Positions 20,517 to 30,066 of a stretch of 64,000 bases of DNA are shown here, piece after piece. Every line of letters begins with the position of its first letter. Within the stretch, counting starts at the first letter, position 1. The stretch is taken from positions 5,888,001 through 5,952,000 of the forward strand of contig OY761556.1 in assembly GCA_963664705.1 (NCBI GenBank), read 5' to 3'. A model generated the notes under the pieces. The model was given only the letters and a program-made list of their open reading frames with translations, did no database searches and had not been told where the DNA came from. This DNA comes from Acidobacteriota bacterium (GTDB taxonomy: Bacteria; Acidobacteriota; UBA6911). The position numbers were made by a program, and so were the translations under genes.

Positions 20517-20815
20517 CTTTTTGCGCTCAGCAGTCCCGCCTTGATAAGCGCATTCTCTAAAAAATCATTCTCGAGACTGAGCTGCCCGATCTTGGCTTGC
20601 ATGCGCTGGATATCCGGCCCTTTTTCTTTTTCGGGCTTTTCCCCGAACGCAATGGCCGCATTTTCCTGGAGCTGCCGTTTCCAGTCGGTGATTTGGTTGG
20701 GATGTACTTCAAACTGCTCGGCGAGTTCGGCAATCGTCTTGTCGCCCTTCAGGGCCGCCAGGGCGACTTTTGCTTTGAATACTGAACTATGATTCCTGCG
20801 TTGTCTTCTTGCCAT
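20513..20815 (-). CDS. IS3 transposase OrfA
   Basis: Same translation as 3764..4066. Confidence 0.95.
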   Translation of the reverse strand: MARRQRRNHSSVFKAKVALAALKGDKTIAELAEQFEVHPNQITDWKRQLQENAAIAFGEKPEKEKGPDIQRMQAKIGQLSLENDFLENALIKAGLLSAKR

Positions 20816-21127
20816 CTGATGCTCCTTCTTTCGGCTGTTTCCAGCCCCTCAGTTAGGCAAGATTACCACTTATCCCCTTGTCCAGTTTCCCGAATCCGGC
20901 TCTCCTGTAACAATTCTGGCCTTAGGCATATAGATCTCTGATTGCAATCTATAAGAGCTCAGAACTTCTTAGCTGTCTATGGAAAACTTTTGTTCTACTC
21001 GGCCGCTTGTGATCACTGCCTCCATTGCCATTTTGTTTATAAAGGAAAAAATCATGGTTCCACATGCTGTACATACGGCTATTTGTTCGGGCAAAATGTG
21101 ACTCTATTTTCAGGAGAGGAGTAGCCG

Positions 21128-21559
21128 ATGCCCAAAACCAGCCGATTGATCCGCTTTGGCGTTTCCATGGAAAAGGAGCTGCTGGACCAATTTGATTCCC
21201 TGTGTTCAGCCAGGGGGTATGAGAATCGTTCGGAGGCGATTCGAGACATGGTCCGGAATCTCCTGATCGAGAACAAGTTGAAGGAGGAGAACACTGAAGG
21301 AGTCGGAACCCTAACGCTTGTCTATAACCATCATCAGCGGGAGCTGGAAGAAAAGCTGACGGAATATCAGCATCATCATTTGAACGTGATCGTCTCGAGC
21401 GTGCACCTTCATCTGACCGCTCATCTTTGCCTCGAAGTTCTGCTTCTTCGTGGAAAGGCGAAAGAAATCAAGAAAGTCGCCGATGGATTGATCGCCACCA
21501 AAGGTGTTCAGCACGGGAAGCTCGTCATGACCACCATGGCCGGCGGCGACAGCCTTTAA
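21128..21559 (+). CDS. nikR: Nickel-responsive regulator NikR
   Basis: RFGVSM RHH, NRSEAIRD, YNHH and HLHLTAHLCLEV metal site. Confidence 0.95.
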   Translation: MPKTSRLIRFGVSMEKELLDQFDSLCSARGYENRSEAIRDMVRNLLIENKLKEENTEGVGTLTLVYNHHQRELEEKLTEYQHHHLNVIVSSVHLHLTAHLCLEVLLLRGKAKEIKKVADGLIATKGVQHGKLVMTTMAGGDSL

Positions 21560-21571
21560 TGCCGATGAGTT

Positions 21572-23878
21572 CTATTTTCCCGCCAGATGAAACGTAAGTC
21601 CGGCCGCAAATCCTGCCGGAAAACCGGGAGTTCCATGGATACGCGCCACCGCAGGACCCGCTGGAAGCAAACGCGACTCGAAATAGTTCTGTGTTTCGTA
21701 ATATGTCTTGTTCAGTAGATTGTCGATCGAGAGATTCAGATCAATCCATGGACGCACTTTCTTCAGCATGCTGAAATCAACAACCGTCAGCCCCGAGGCA
21801 CGAATCCCCGCATCCAGTTCGTCAAGACGGTAATTGCTGACATAGTTCAGCCTCACGGAACCGCTGAAGCCTTTCCACTGTGATAGAGTCAAGGCGGCAT
21901 TGCCAACTATGTGCGGCGCGTTACTGACATAAGCTCTGGGATATGTTCCCCGATAGAAGGAGTTGGCAACTTTTGTGATTCCGCCATTGAATGTGAGCAG
22001 GCGGGTAATCTCCGTTGAGACCTTCAACTCGTACCCATACGATCGGCTGGGGCCTTTGAATTCCAGACTCCCATCGTCGGGGACGTAGACCTGCTCATTG
22101 GACCGGTCTATCCAAAACATGTCCGCCGTTGCCGAAAACCGCCTGAACCGCCGCACAAGCCCGAACTGATAGAAGTCCGTGGTGGATATCCTCACACCCG
22201 ATGGATTTCGAATGATCCCGCGGGCATCCTGGCTTGAGATGCCGCGGCCATAATTGAGGTGCAGTGACAAAGGCACCTGTTTGAATGGAGTGAAGGACAG
22301 GTTTAGCTTTGGTTGAATCCTCCCTGCAGGCTGCCTTCCCGAGAGTTCAGGCGATATCTTCTCTTCCACACTGAAGCGGAAATAGTCGTATCGGAGCCCT
22401 CCTTCGAGGTGAAGGCGGCCCTGCAGCAAATCCATACTCTGCTGCAGGTACCCTGCCGCATTGGTAACGTCTGCATCCGCGCGGGTAGACACTCCTTTGG
22501 GGGAACGCCCTATTCTCGGATACAGGCCGACGTTTATCTGGTTTGCATGAAAGTTGCCGCCTGCGATGAAAAGCGCGTTTTTACCAAATAAAGTATATGG
22601 ACGCAGGTATTGCAGGTTGGCGCCCTGCTGCAACCGTGAATCGTGCTGCTGGAAGGCATCTCCGTTCTGGGGGTCGTTGAGGTAAAACGTGAAATTCGAA
22701 TAGAGATCCAGAAGCGAGCGGGAAAGGAAACCATCCAGTTTGAGCACTGCCCCGGAATCCGCCTGGCTCCGGTAATAGGCTCCGAAGGTTCCACTCCGCG
22801 CATTGCCGCCGCCCGTTGGATCTATATAACCAAAGCGGTCAAGCCGACCTGCGGCCACTTCATCCAGCGGAATCTGCCCGGATGAATAAAAGTTATTTCT
22901 GCCTCCGTTCAGCTTGAAGCCCAGGGCCCGATTTGAATCCACGTGCAAGGTGAGGTTTCCCGTCACGTTGTCGCGTTGATAGCGCGAAGGGTTCTGAAAC
23001 GGCCCGTCCGTACGCGCGCTTTCATAAGCGAGGAGCGAATCGGCCTTGTCTCCTTTCGGGCTGTAGGCCAGCATTGCGCGATAGCTCCCAAAAGAGCCGC
23101 TCTGAATCCGGATTGTGCCCTGGTCGGGAAGAGACTCTTTCAGTCGAACATGCACCACTCCCAGCCCTGAAAAGTCGCCGTACTCCGCGCTGAATGGCCC
23201 ATTCAGGATATTCACTTCCTGTACCAGTTCTGGAGTCAGGGTCTTTAACTGTCCCAGATACCCTTGGCCGTGACCCTGAGTTCCCTGGTTCTGCTGAACA
23301 TTGTCGACCAGAACTTTCAGACCGCCTGAAACACCTCCGTGATCTAGGTTAAAGCCGAAGCGGCGGACCTCGATGGATTTACCTCCGCCCTCATGCTGCC
23401 CCGCATTGATGCCGCCATCCAGCGTTTGGAAGACCTGATCGTCTCGAGAGAAAAGCGTGTCTTTGTAAACTGTTTCGTTTCTCCGGTCGATATCGGGTTC
23501 GGTTGCTGATGCCTCTATCACAACACTATCATGCCTGGGCGGGATTCTGACCTCGACAACGATGCGGATTTTCTCGACAGGATCACCATCTTTGATGTCG
23601 ATTGTTGTCCGACCGATGTACCTTCCCTCGATCTGAAGAGAAACCGGATTGCCTTCCACCCCTTTGAAGTAAAACTTGCCGTCAGTCCCGGTTATCATTT
23701 TCTGCTCGCCGGACGGTGTGGTCGCCGTGACTGTCGCACGATCGATTGTTTCGCCCGATGCTGTAACCACGGTTCCCGACAGAATTCCCGATCTGGTTTT
23801 GAATTGAGCCGCATCCTGGGCAATTCCCGAAGATGCAAGGAACCACAACAAAAGCAAAGGAGCACTCAGCAATTTCAA
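21572..23878 (-). CDS. TonB-dependent receptor with an N-terminal carboxypeptidase-regulatory-like domain, probable Ni/Co uptake
   Basis: Signal peptide; His-rich plug (GQHEGGGK, RFGFNLDHG, HGQGY); NLLNKTYYE and a C-terminal beta strand. Confidence 0.9.
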   Translation of the reverse strand: MKLLSAPLLLLWFLASSGIAQDAAQFKTRSGILSGTVVTASGETIDRATVTATTPSGEQKMITGTDGKFYFKGVEGNPVSLQIEGRYIGRTTIDIKDGDPVEKIRIVVEVRIPPRHDSVVIEASATEPDIDRRNETVYKDTLFSRDDQVFQTLDGGINAGQHEGGGKSIEVRRFGFNLDHGGVSGGLKVLVDNVQQNQGTQGHGQGYLGQLKTLTPELVQEVNILNGPFSAEYGDFSGLGVVHVRLKESLPDQGTIRIQSGSFGSYRAMLAYSPKGDKADSLLAYESARTDGPFQNPSRYQRDNVTGNLTLHVDSNRALGFKLNGGRNNFYSSGQIPLDEVAAGRLDRFGYIDPTGGGNARSGTFGAYYRSQADSGAVLKLDGFLSRSLLDLYSNFTFYLNDPQNGDAFQQHDSRLQQGANLQYLRPYTLFGKNALFIAGGNFHANQINVGLYPRIGRSPKGVSTRADADVTNAAGYLQQSMDLLQGRLHLEGGLRYDYFRFSVEEKISPELSGRQPAGRIQPKLNLSFTPFKQVPLSLHLNYGRGISSQDARGIIRNPSGVRISTTDFYQFGLVRRFRRFSATADMFWIDRSNEQVYVPDDGSLEFKGPSRSYGYELKVSTEITRLLTFNGGITKVANSFYRGTYPRAYVSNAPHIVGNAALTLSQWKGFSGSVRLNYVSNYRLDELDAGIRASGLTVVDFSMLKKVRPWIDLNLSIDNLLNKTYYETQNYFESRLLPAGPAVARIHGTPGFPAGFAAGLTFHLAGK

Positions 23879-23908
23879 GATTTCAATCCTCCACGGTTGG
23901 ATTGAAAG

Positions 23909-23937
23909 GGTAGCACGAAAAGAGAAAAGGTGCTACC
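23909..23937. promoter_or_regulatory. Candidate NikR operator
   Basis: GGTAGCAC-N13-GTGCTACC perfect inverted repeat 30 nt upstream of the receptor start. Confidence 0.7.
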
Positions 23938-24139
23938 AGTGATTTTGTTGCAAATTATCTATGAATAGACGGTCCCGAAAAGTGAGCTTTTGCGAGCATG
24001 TCCAGTGCTGAAGACAGACTGGCCTTTCCTGCGTCTGGGCTGCAATGGTGTTGTCCGTGGAAATTCGGGAACAGGGAAGGTATTATGGGCGACCGGATAG
24101 GCATGCCTGCAGCAAAGTGCTGGAACCATGGGGATACGG

Positions 24140-25171
24140 ATGAAAGTCGATCAAAAAACGTTAGGCATTCTCGATAGGGCCCAGAGCGGCCGCGCTCCCG
24201 GCAAAGAGGAATGTATCGTTCTGTTGCAGTTTGCCGAGACATCTCTCGAAGCCGCCCTAGTTCGTGCTGTTGGCGATTCCATAACAAGGCAACGGTTCGA
24301 GAATCAGAGCTTTGTCCTTGGACAGATAGGCGTCGAGATTGGCCCCTGTCCCGGCAAGTGCAAGTTCTGCAGTTTTGGTGAGGGGCATACAACATTTGAA
24401 GCCAGTCTAATGGACGAAGAGGATATCCTCCGGAGTGCCGACATCTTCACGGCTTCGGAGGAGCTTTATGCCCTATTTCTCATGACGATGCATGTTTTCG
24501 ATTTTGAGCGGCTGATTCGTATTGTGCATATGCTGAAAAAGAGAATGCCGCAGGAAACTCAGATCGTCGTCAATGTCGGAGATTTCGACAAAGCTCAGGC
24601 GCGGGACTTGAAAGCCGCAGGCGCAAGCGGTGCGTATCACATCTGCCGCCTTCGGGAAGGAGTTGATACTGCACTCAATCCTGAGAATAGAAAGTCGACC
24701 ATCAGAGCTATCAAGGATTCCGGACTGGACTGGTATTACTGTTGCGAACCGATCGGACCTGAACACAGCCCGCAGGAACTTGTTGATCAGATATTCCTCG
24801 GACTTGAATACGGATGCTTCCAGCATGCCGCAATGCGACGTGTGTATCTACCATCGGCCCCGCTATCTCCGCACGGACAGATTTCCGAACTCCGGCTGGC
24901 GCAAATAACGGCCGTGGTAGCGCTGGCATCTTTAGCTTGTCCTGAAACAAGGAGCATTGCAGTTCATGAGCCCAATCTGCTCGGGCTTACAGCAGGTGCC
25001 AACACGGTATACGCGGAAACCGGAGCCAATCCGAGAGACACGGAAAGGGAAACCACCGGACATCGCGGACGGGACATCAAGGACTGCAAACGCATGCTCT
25101 ATGAGGCAGGCTTCGAGCACCTGATGATTTCACCACGGAAAAGAATCTCGCTTATCGATAGCTATCGATAA
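24140..25171 (+). CDS. Radical SAM protein, BioB/HydE/PylB-like, function unknown
   Basis: CPGKCKFC motif; YHICRLREG, YCCEPIGPEH, AGAN...AETGANPRD. Confidence 0.85.
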   Translation: MKVDQKTLGILDRAQSGRAPGKEECIVLLQFAETSLEAALVRAVGDSITRQRFENQSFVLGQIGVEIGPCPGKCKFCSFGEGHTTFEASLMDEEDILRSADIFTASEELYALFLMTMHVFDFERLIRIVHMLKKRMPQETQIVVNVGDFDKAQARDLKAAGASGAYHICRLREGVDTALNPENRKSTIRAIKDSGLDWYYCCEPIGPEHSPQELVDQIFLGLEYGCFQHAAMRRVYLPSAPLSPHGQISELRLAQITAVVALASLACPETRSIAVHEPNLLGLTAGANTVYAETGANPRDTERETTGHRGRDIKDCKRMLYEAGFEHLMISPRKRISLIDSYR

Positions 25172-25220
25172 GCGAGATCATGGATCAGTGACTAATTTTC
25201 CCTGTGCATTGTGCTGCGAC

Positions 25221-26441
25221 TCAGTGAGTCTCGAGCCAATGCCTGGCTACAACAAGAGCGGCATCGCCACACGCTTTGCCGCCGGCAGGATCGCCTTCAT
25301 TCGAGGCAGTGAGGATGGCGAAATTCTTTTCCGGCGCGATTCCTATGGTGGCGTACCATGAGCCTTCAGATCCAGCGTGCTCCAGTACCGTGCCGGCCCA
25401 ATCGTATCGATTCACTCCCCATCCGGAGGCCATCTGCAATTCAGTGGAGAAAGAATGCAGGTGCTGGAATGCCTCACATCGGAGAATTCTGCAATGACCG
25501 CGTGCCGCATCGAGGTGCAGAACTGCAAATCTCGCCCAATCCTCCAGTGACAAGCTGACGTTGCCTGCTGCTGCTGCCGCCAAAGGCACGTGCGTTTCCG
25601 AATCCGTTCTGAGACGGGCCAGGGGAAATCGGATCACTCGGTGTCCCCAGGGCTGATTTGGGTTTTGTCCGCTTCCCGGCGATCCAAACCCAGCGGATTT
25701 CATCTGAAGGGGATCAAAAATGCACTGGCGCATCCTATCCTCCCAGGAGTGGCCTGTGACGCGTTCCACTACGGCGCCAAGGATGCTGTAACCCATGTTC
25801 GAATAGACTGTACTGGAGCCTGGCGCTGCGGCGGGGGGCAGTTGCAGGCCAATGGATACGAGTTCCATGCGCTGTTGACGAAGTGTCCCATTCAAATGGA
25901 GCAGCCGGTCGTATAGGCGGATATCCTCGCGGTCATCGGGTAACCCCGATCGATGATGAAGCAGTTGATCGATAGTCACGCTGCAATATTCGGGCCTCAT
26001 CTTTCCGGAGAGTTCCGGGAAAATATCGGAAAGCTTTGCTTCCCAATTCAGCAGACCTCGGTCCACAAGGATGCCGATCAATGTGGCTGTCATTGATTTT
26101 GTGCAGGAGCCGATGTGAAACCGGTCGGAAAGCTCGATAGGATCCGACCTGCCTGCGACCCTTACTCCAACGGCTCCCATTGCCACAATCCGATCGCCTC
26201 GGATAACAGCGCATGCGAGTGCGGGGACATGATATTTGGCTCGCACTATACTCAGTTCAGAATCAAGCGAGCTGACACCTGGCGGGAAAGGATGAGCCTT
26301 TGTTCTCCTGGTTGCGGCATAAGCTGGATCAAAGTCGAGGCTCAGCGTTCCTGCCAGCCTGTACCAGATTATCGTTCCTGCAATAAGCGAGAGCCCCAGA
26401 CATGAAAGGAGTACCCATCGTATGGGATGGCGGAGGGTCAT
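25221..26441 (-). CDS. Serine hydrolase, beta-lactamase/AmpC-like family
   Basis: GSCTK (SxxK), LLHHRSGL, YSN, HAGS; N-terminal TM. Confidence 0.9.
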   Translation of the reverse strand: MTLRHPIRWVLLSCLGLSLIAGTIIWYRLAGTLSLDFDPAYAATRRTKAHPFPPGVSSLDSELSIVRAKYHVPALACAVIRGDRIVAMGAVGVRVAGRSDPIELSDRFHIGSCTKSMTATLIGILVDRGLLNWEAKLSDIFPELSGKMRPEYCSVTIDQLLHHRSGLPDDREDIRLYDRLLHLNGTLRQQRMELVSIGLQLPPAAAPGSSTVYSNMGYSILGAVVERVTGHSWEDRMRQCIFDPLQMKSAGFGSPGSGQNPNQPWGHRVIRFPLARLRTDSETHVPLAAAAAGNVSLSLEDWARFAVLHLDAARGHCRILRCEAFQHLHSFSTELQMASGWGVNRYDWAGTVLEHAGSEGSWYATIGIAPEKNFAILTASNEGDPAGGKACGDAALVVARHWLETH

Positions 26442-26673
26442 TGGCGCCTCATGGGAAATCGAAAAATGCAATCCGGTATACGATTATAGCTCGGTTCAGG
26501 CGATTATCTGTGGCCTTGTAGTCCTAGGAAAGCCTCTGCCATTGGAATTAATATTTTTGCCGCGGAAGCGCGGAGGATTTACTTCCAGGATCAGACCCCG
26601 TGATAGGCGAGCGTGTCCCCTCAAGCCAAAAGAAGCGTTGTCTATCTGGAATCTTCGGGTGTAAAAACAGCGT

Positions 26674-27300
26674 ATGCGATTCGATCACCTGGTACTCGCA
26701 TTGCTGTGGAGCACATACTGTTTTGTTCACAGTGCCCTGATTTCTGTGAGGGTGACGGAATTATTCAGACGCGCACTCGGAAAGGGCTATGCTTATTACC
26801 GGTTGGTCTTCAACGCCTTCTCTCTGGTTACCTTCGCACCTCTGCTCTTGTATTCCCGTTCGCCCCGTTTCCAGCACCCGACAATATTTGAATGGTCCGG
26901 AGGCTGGCAATTCCTCCGATACTCAATGATTCTCCTGTCGGCTGCGCTCATAGTCAGCGGATCCCGGCATTACAGCTTCAGTCAATTTCTGGGTTTTCGA
27001 CAGATCCGATCCGGTTCAAGCCAGGGAGGGATTACCGAAACCGGCAATATTGATACGACTGGAGTGTTGGGCATTACCAGGCATCCGTGGTATGTGGCGG
27101 TGTTCCTTTTGCTCTGGGTCAATAATCTGAGCGCTGCGACGATAGTGGTTAATGTTGTTCTTTCCTCCTATCTCGTGATTGGAACGCTGCTTGAAGAGCG
27201 CAAACTTGTGCTGGAATTCGGCGACAGGTACCGCGTTTACCAAAAGAATGTGTCGATGTTTATCCCGACGAAGTGGCTTAAAGCCAAAATGCAAAACTGA
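26674..27300 (+). CDS. Isoprenylcysteine carboxyl methyltransferase/NnrU-like membrane protein
   Basis: HSALI, TRHPWY, GTLLEERKL..EFGDRYRVYQKNVSMFIP. Confidence 0.85.
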   Translation: MRFDHLVLALLWSTYCFVHSALISVRVTELFRRALGKGYAYYRLVFNAFSLVTFAPLLLYSRSPRFQHPTIFEWSGGWQFLRYSMILLSAALIVSGSRHYSFSQFLGFRQIRSGSSQGGITETGNIDTTGVLGITRHPWYVAVFLLLWVNNLSAATIVVNVVLSSYLVIGTLLEERKLVLEFGDRYRVYQKNVSMFIPTKWLKAKMQN

Positions 27301-27533
27301 ATTGCGGATCGGAAATAATTTCAAAGCTGATTTTTCCGGCTGTGCTGTTCATACGCGACACAGCGCCACTCTTGAGAGCATCAAATGTCTTCCAGCCATC
27401 GATTGTGGGGGATTTCAAATCATCAAACCCGTTGAATTCATGGCTTCATCAGAATTCCGGCGACAGACACCGCTCAACGCCAAAAAATTTGGACTGATAA
27501 TTATACTTGATGATATACACTGTAGCGTATATA

Positions 27534-27546
27534 GTATGTGACATAC
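27534..27546. promoter_or_regulatory. Candidate PadR operator
   Basis: Palindrome GTATGTGACATAC just before the RBS of padR. Confidence 0.55.
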
Positions 27547-27562
27547 AGTATGAGGCTATCGC

Positions 27563-27892
27563 ATGACCGTTACGGAAAACCTCTTTGAGAATCTGAGACT
27601 CGAGCTCCGCCGCGGCTGTCTGGCATTGGCGGTTTTGGCCCAACTCCGCCGGGAGCATTACGGATACACCCTCCGCAAAGCCTTGGTAGACCATGGCCTG
27701 GAGATTGAGGAAAGCACGCTCTATCCACTTCTGCGACGACTGGAATCTCAGGGTCTGCTGGTCAGCGAATGGCGCGAGGAGGACAAGCGCAGGAAGCGCT
27801 TCTACAAGCTCTCCAAAGAGGGCTCGGGTATTCTCGCCCGGCTTCTGCAGGAATGGCAGACGATCAACGCCTCAATAGACAACATTTTATAA
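27563..27892 (+). CDS. PadR family regulator
   Basis: ELRRGCL...YGYTLR...EESTLYPLLRRLE...FYKLS. Confidence 0.93.
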   Translation: MTVTENLFENLRLELRRGCLALAVLAQLRREHYGYTLRKALVDHGLEIEESTLYPLLRRLESQGLLVSEWREEDKRRKRFYKLSKEGSGILARLLQEWQTINASIDNIL

Positions 27893-27905
27893 GAAGGAAA
27901 ACGTC

Positions 27906-28925
27906 ATGGAATTGCTCGACCGCTATCTTGAAGCAGTGCGCAAAAACCTGCCCTGGAAGCGGCAGGACGACCTTCTGGCCGAGTTGCGCGCCAACCTCGA
28001 AGCCCAACTGGAAGACAAGGAGTCTGCGCTTGGCCGCCCGTTGACCAAGGAGGAAGCCGAGGATTGGTTGAAGCAGTTGGGCTCACCCACGCAGATGGCA
28101 TCTCGGTACCAGCCGCAGCAGTATCTAATCGGCCCATTGCTCTTTCCAATCTATCGGCTGGTGATGAGAATCGCGCTCCCCTGGTTTACCCTGCTTTACG
28201 TGGTGGTTGGATTGATTCAGTCGGTAGGAAGCGAGAATCCCGGCAGTGCGTTGCTGGGAGCCGCAGCCCGCTTGCCCTGGCAGTTGTTGGGCGCTGCTGC
28301 TTGGATCACATTTGGTTTTGCCGTCGCTGAGTTTCTGGCTGTGCACAACCCTGGCAAGCTGTCGCCGAAGCCGCGGGAATGGTCGCCAAGTTCGCTCCCG
28401 CCGCTCGAGGAGAAACCTTCGGGACCGAAACCGCGCACGCGCGCGCAGGCCATTGCCGGACTGGTTTTCAGTATTGTCGGTGCTGCCTTCTGGCTGCTGG
28501 TGCCGATCTATCCCTCCCTCCTGCTCGGGCCCGGCGCCGCTTATCTGAAACAGATTCCGTTCGAGTTCGCTCCTGTTTGCGTGACGTTCTACTGGTGGGT
28601 AGTGGCGATCAGTATTCTTCAGAGCGCATGGCGTGCGGTCGAGTTGGTGTTCGGATTGTGGCCGCGCACCGTCGGCATCAACCGAGTGGCATTTGCGGTC
28701 CTGGCACTGATCCCGCAGTCCATCATGCTGTTTGCGCCGGGTCACGTGTACTTCACCCTGAGCCTTACGGCGAACGGCGCGCGGTCCACCGACTCCTTGA
28801 GTTCTTTAAACCATGGAATCCATATGTTCTTTTCCGTGATTGTCGCTATCACCGTGCTGCAACTCCTGCGCTTCGGATGGCAATTGGCGATGAACGCGTG
28901 GAAGCGGAGCATGACACAGGCATAG
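27906..28925 (+). CDS. HAAS-domain-like membrane protein (PadR partner)
   Basis: LLDRYLEAVRKNLP...LGSPTQMASRY..QYLIGP followed by ~6 TM. Confidence 0.85.
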   Translation: MELLDRYLEAVRKNLPWKRQDDLLAELRANLEAQLEDKESALGRPLTKEEAEDWLKQLGSPTQMASRYQPQQYLIGPLLFPIYRLVMRIALPWFTLLYVVVGLIQSVGSENPGSALLGAAARLPWQLLGAAAWITFGFAVAEFLAVHNPGKLSPKPREWSPSSLPPLEEKPSGPKPRTRAQAIAGLVFSIVGAAFWLLVPIYPSLLLGPGAAYLKQIPFEFAPVCVTFYWWVVAISILQSAWRAVELVFGLWPRTVGINRVAFAVLALIPQSIMLFAPGHVYFTLSLTANGARSTDSLSSLNHGIHMFFSVIVAITVLQLLRFGWQLAMNAWKRSMTQA

Positions 28926-29040
28926 AGAAAGGCCAGCGATACAGCAGTACCGGGAGCGATAGGGACCTTCCGCCAGACCCATGAGATTACCATTCGGGAA
29001 TTGGACTTAAGGCTGGGCGTAGAACTCTTGAGGCGCCACG

Positions 29041-29652
29041 CTATTCCAGTTCGTCTCGACGGAAATTCTCGCGCTTGGCGGTGGTCGCAACGAAATGCGT
29101 CCTATATCCTAATTGCAGGTCGAAACTGTGAACCGTTTTAGTGACCGAGTAAGGTCTTTCGTATGTCTGGCCTGCTCCGCGGATCCATACTGTCGAACCC
29201 TTTCGAAGCTCAGGATTCCCTTCAATCGTTCCACTGCAATCGATGGAAACCTTTCCGGACAGGATCGCCGGCCGGAACTCCAGAAGTTCTCTGCCGAATG
29301 TTGCCGTAAGCGTCGTGTCCGTTTTGTATGGCAGTCCGTTGGCTTCGATTTGGATAGTCGATGGTTTGTCGGATGTAAAATTCGGGGCGATGGCGCTTAT
29401 CTTGCCTTCAAAGATCCTTTTGGGATTGTCGGCACCGAAATCGAAATGGAGTTCAAGCCGTTTTCCAAGTCGGATCAAGTTCCCTTCGCTGTAGGGATAC
29501 TCCAGGCCGTTTCCCCCTGATTTCAGGTTATTCAGCGTGATCCTCAACCTGTCGATTCCATCATCGTAGCTTGCCGAAATAAGGTTCCTGGAAAGCTCTG
29601 CGTTGATCTGTCCATCTAATGCCAGCATGGGGCGGGAAGCTATATAGGGCAT
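29041..29652 (-). CDS. Shortened phage late-control D / baseplate-hub (gp27/VgrG-N-like) protein
   Basis: RPMLALDG, IFEGKISAIAPNF, FGRELLEFRP, GNPELRKG.TVWIRG, YSVTKTVHSFD..GYRTHF; RBS AGGAG. Confidence 0.65.
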   Translation of the reverse strand: MPYIASRPMLALDGQINAELSRNLISASYDDGIDRLRITLNNLKSGGNGLEYPYSEGNLIRLGKRLELHFDFGADNPKRIFEGKISAIAPNFTSDKPSTIQIEANGLPYKTDTTLTATFGRELLEFRPAILSGKVSIDCSGTIEGNPELRKGSTVWIRGAGQTYERPYSVTKTVHSFDLQLGYRTHFVATTAKRENFRRDELE

Positions 29653-30066
29653 CTATTCTCCTTCTGTTTACAAACCTATCATATTGTTGCGTCAATTTGA
29701 GCTCACATTACGAAGAGGCCCGGATTTCTGGTCCAAAGCATTTAAGCCAAAAAATAGAGCCTTAGCCAAAGGAAGTTGCCTCCAGGAGCGAATTTGCGCA
29801 ACTCCGATATGAAGAGATTGAACGCTTTTTGTGGAGGGCGCAGCGCAAACCCTACGCTCGTCAATGGCGCTCGATCCTGTTGACCGCAAAGGGAAATTGT
29901 TTAATGATCGGACCTCAGGAAAAGGGGAAAAATGCCCGTAACGCATGTTTGGGAGCGTTTTTCGTCGGTTGGCTTTCTATGCTTTTGTGGACCTCCCATT
30001 TTACGTCCAAGCCACCAGAGACTAGCTCAGGAATTTGGTTAGGGTGAACTATGCCAGGGAGAAGTT

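Larger units (their letters stand above)
19562..20903 (-). mobile_element. IS3-family insertion sequence, copy 2 (1342 bp, inverted)
   Basis: Proteins and ends identical to copy 1; TSD CCT at 19559-19561 and 20904-20906. Confidence 0.96.

Noticed and set aside
3676-20903. Composite transposon or inversion bounded by the two inverted IS3 copies
   Set aside because: Each copy has its own matching TSD (AAT/AAT, CCT/CCT), and the gene split by copy 1 rejoins in frame. These are independent insertions with no sign of recombination.
24140-25171. Calling the radical SAM gene bioB
   Set aside because: It lacks the recognisable BioB YNHNL motif and any bio gene context.
29041-29652. Prophage or complete eCIS/T6SS locus
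   Set aside because: No other structural, integrase or lysis genes in the window.
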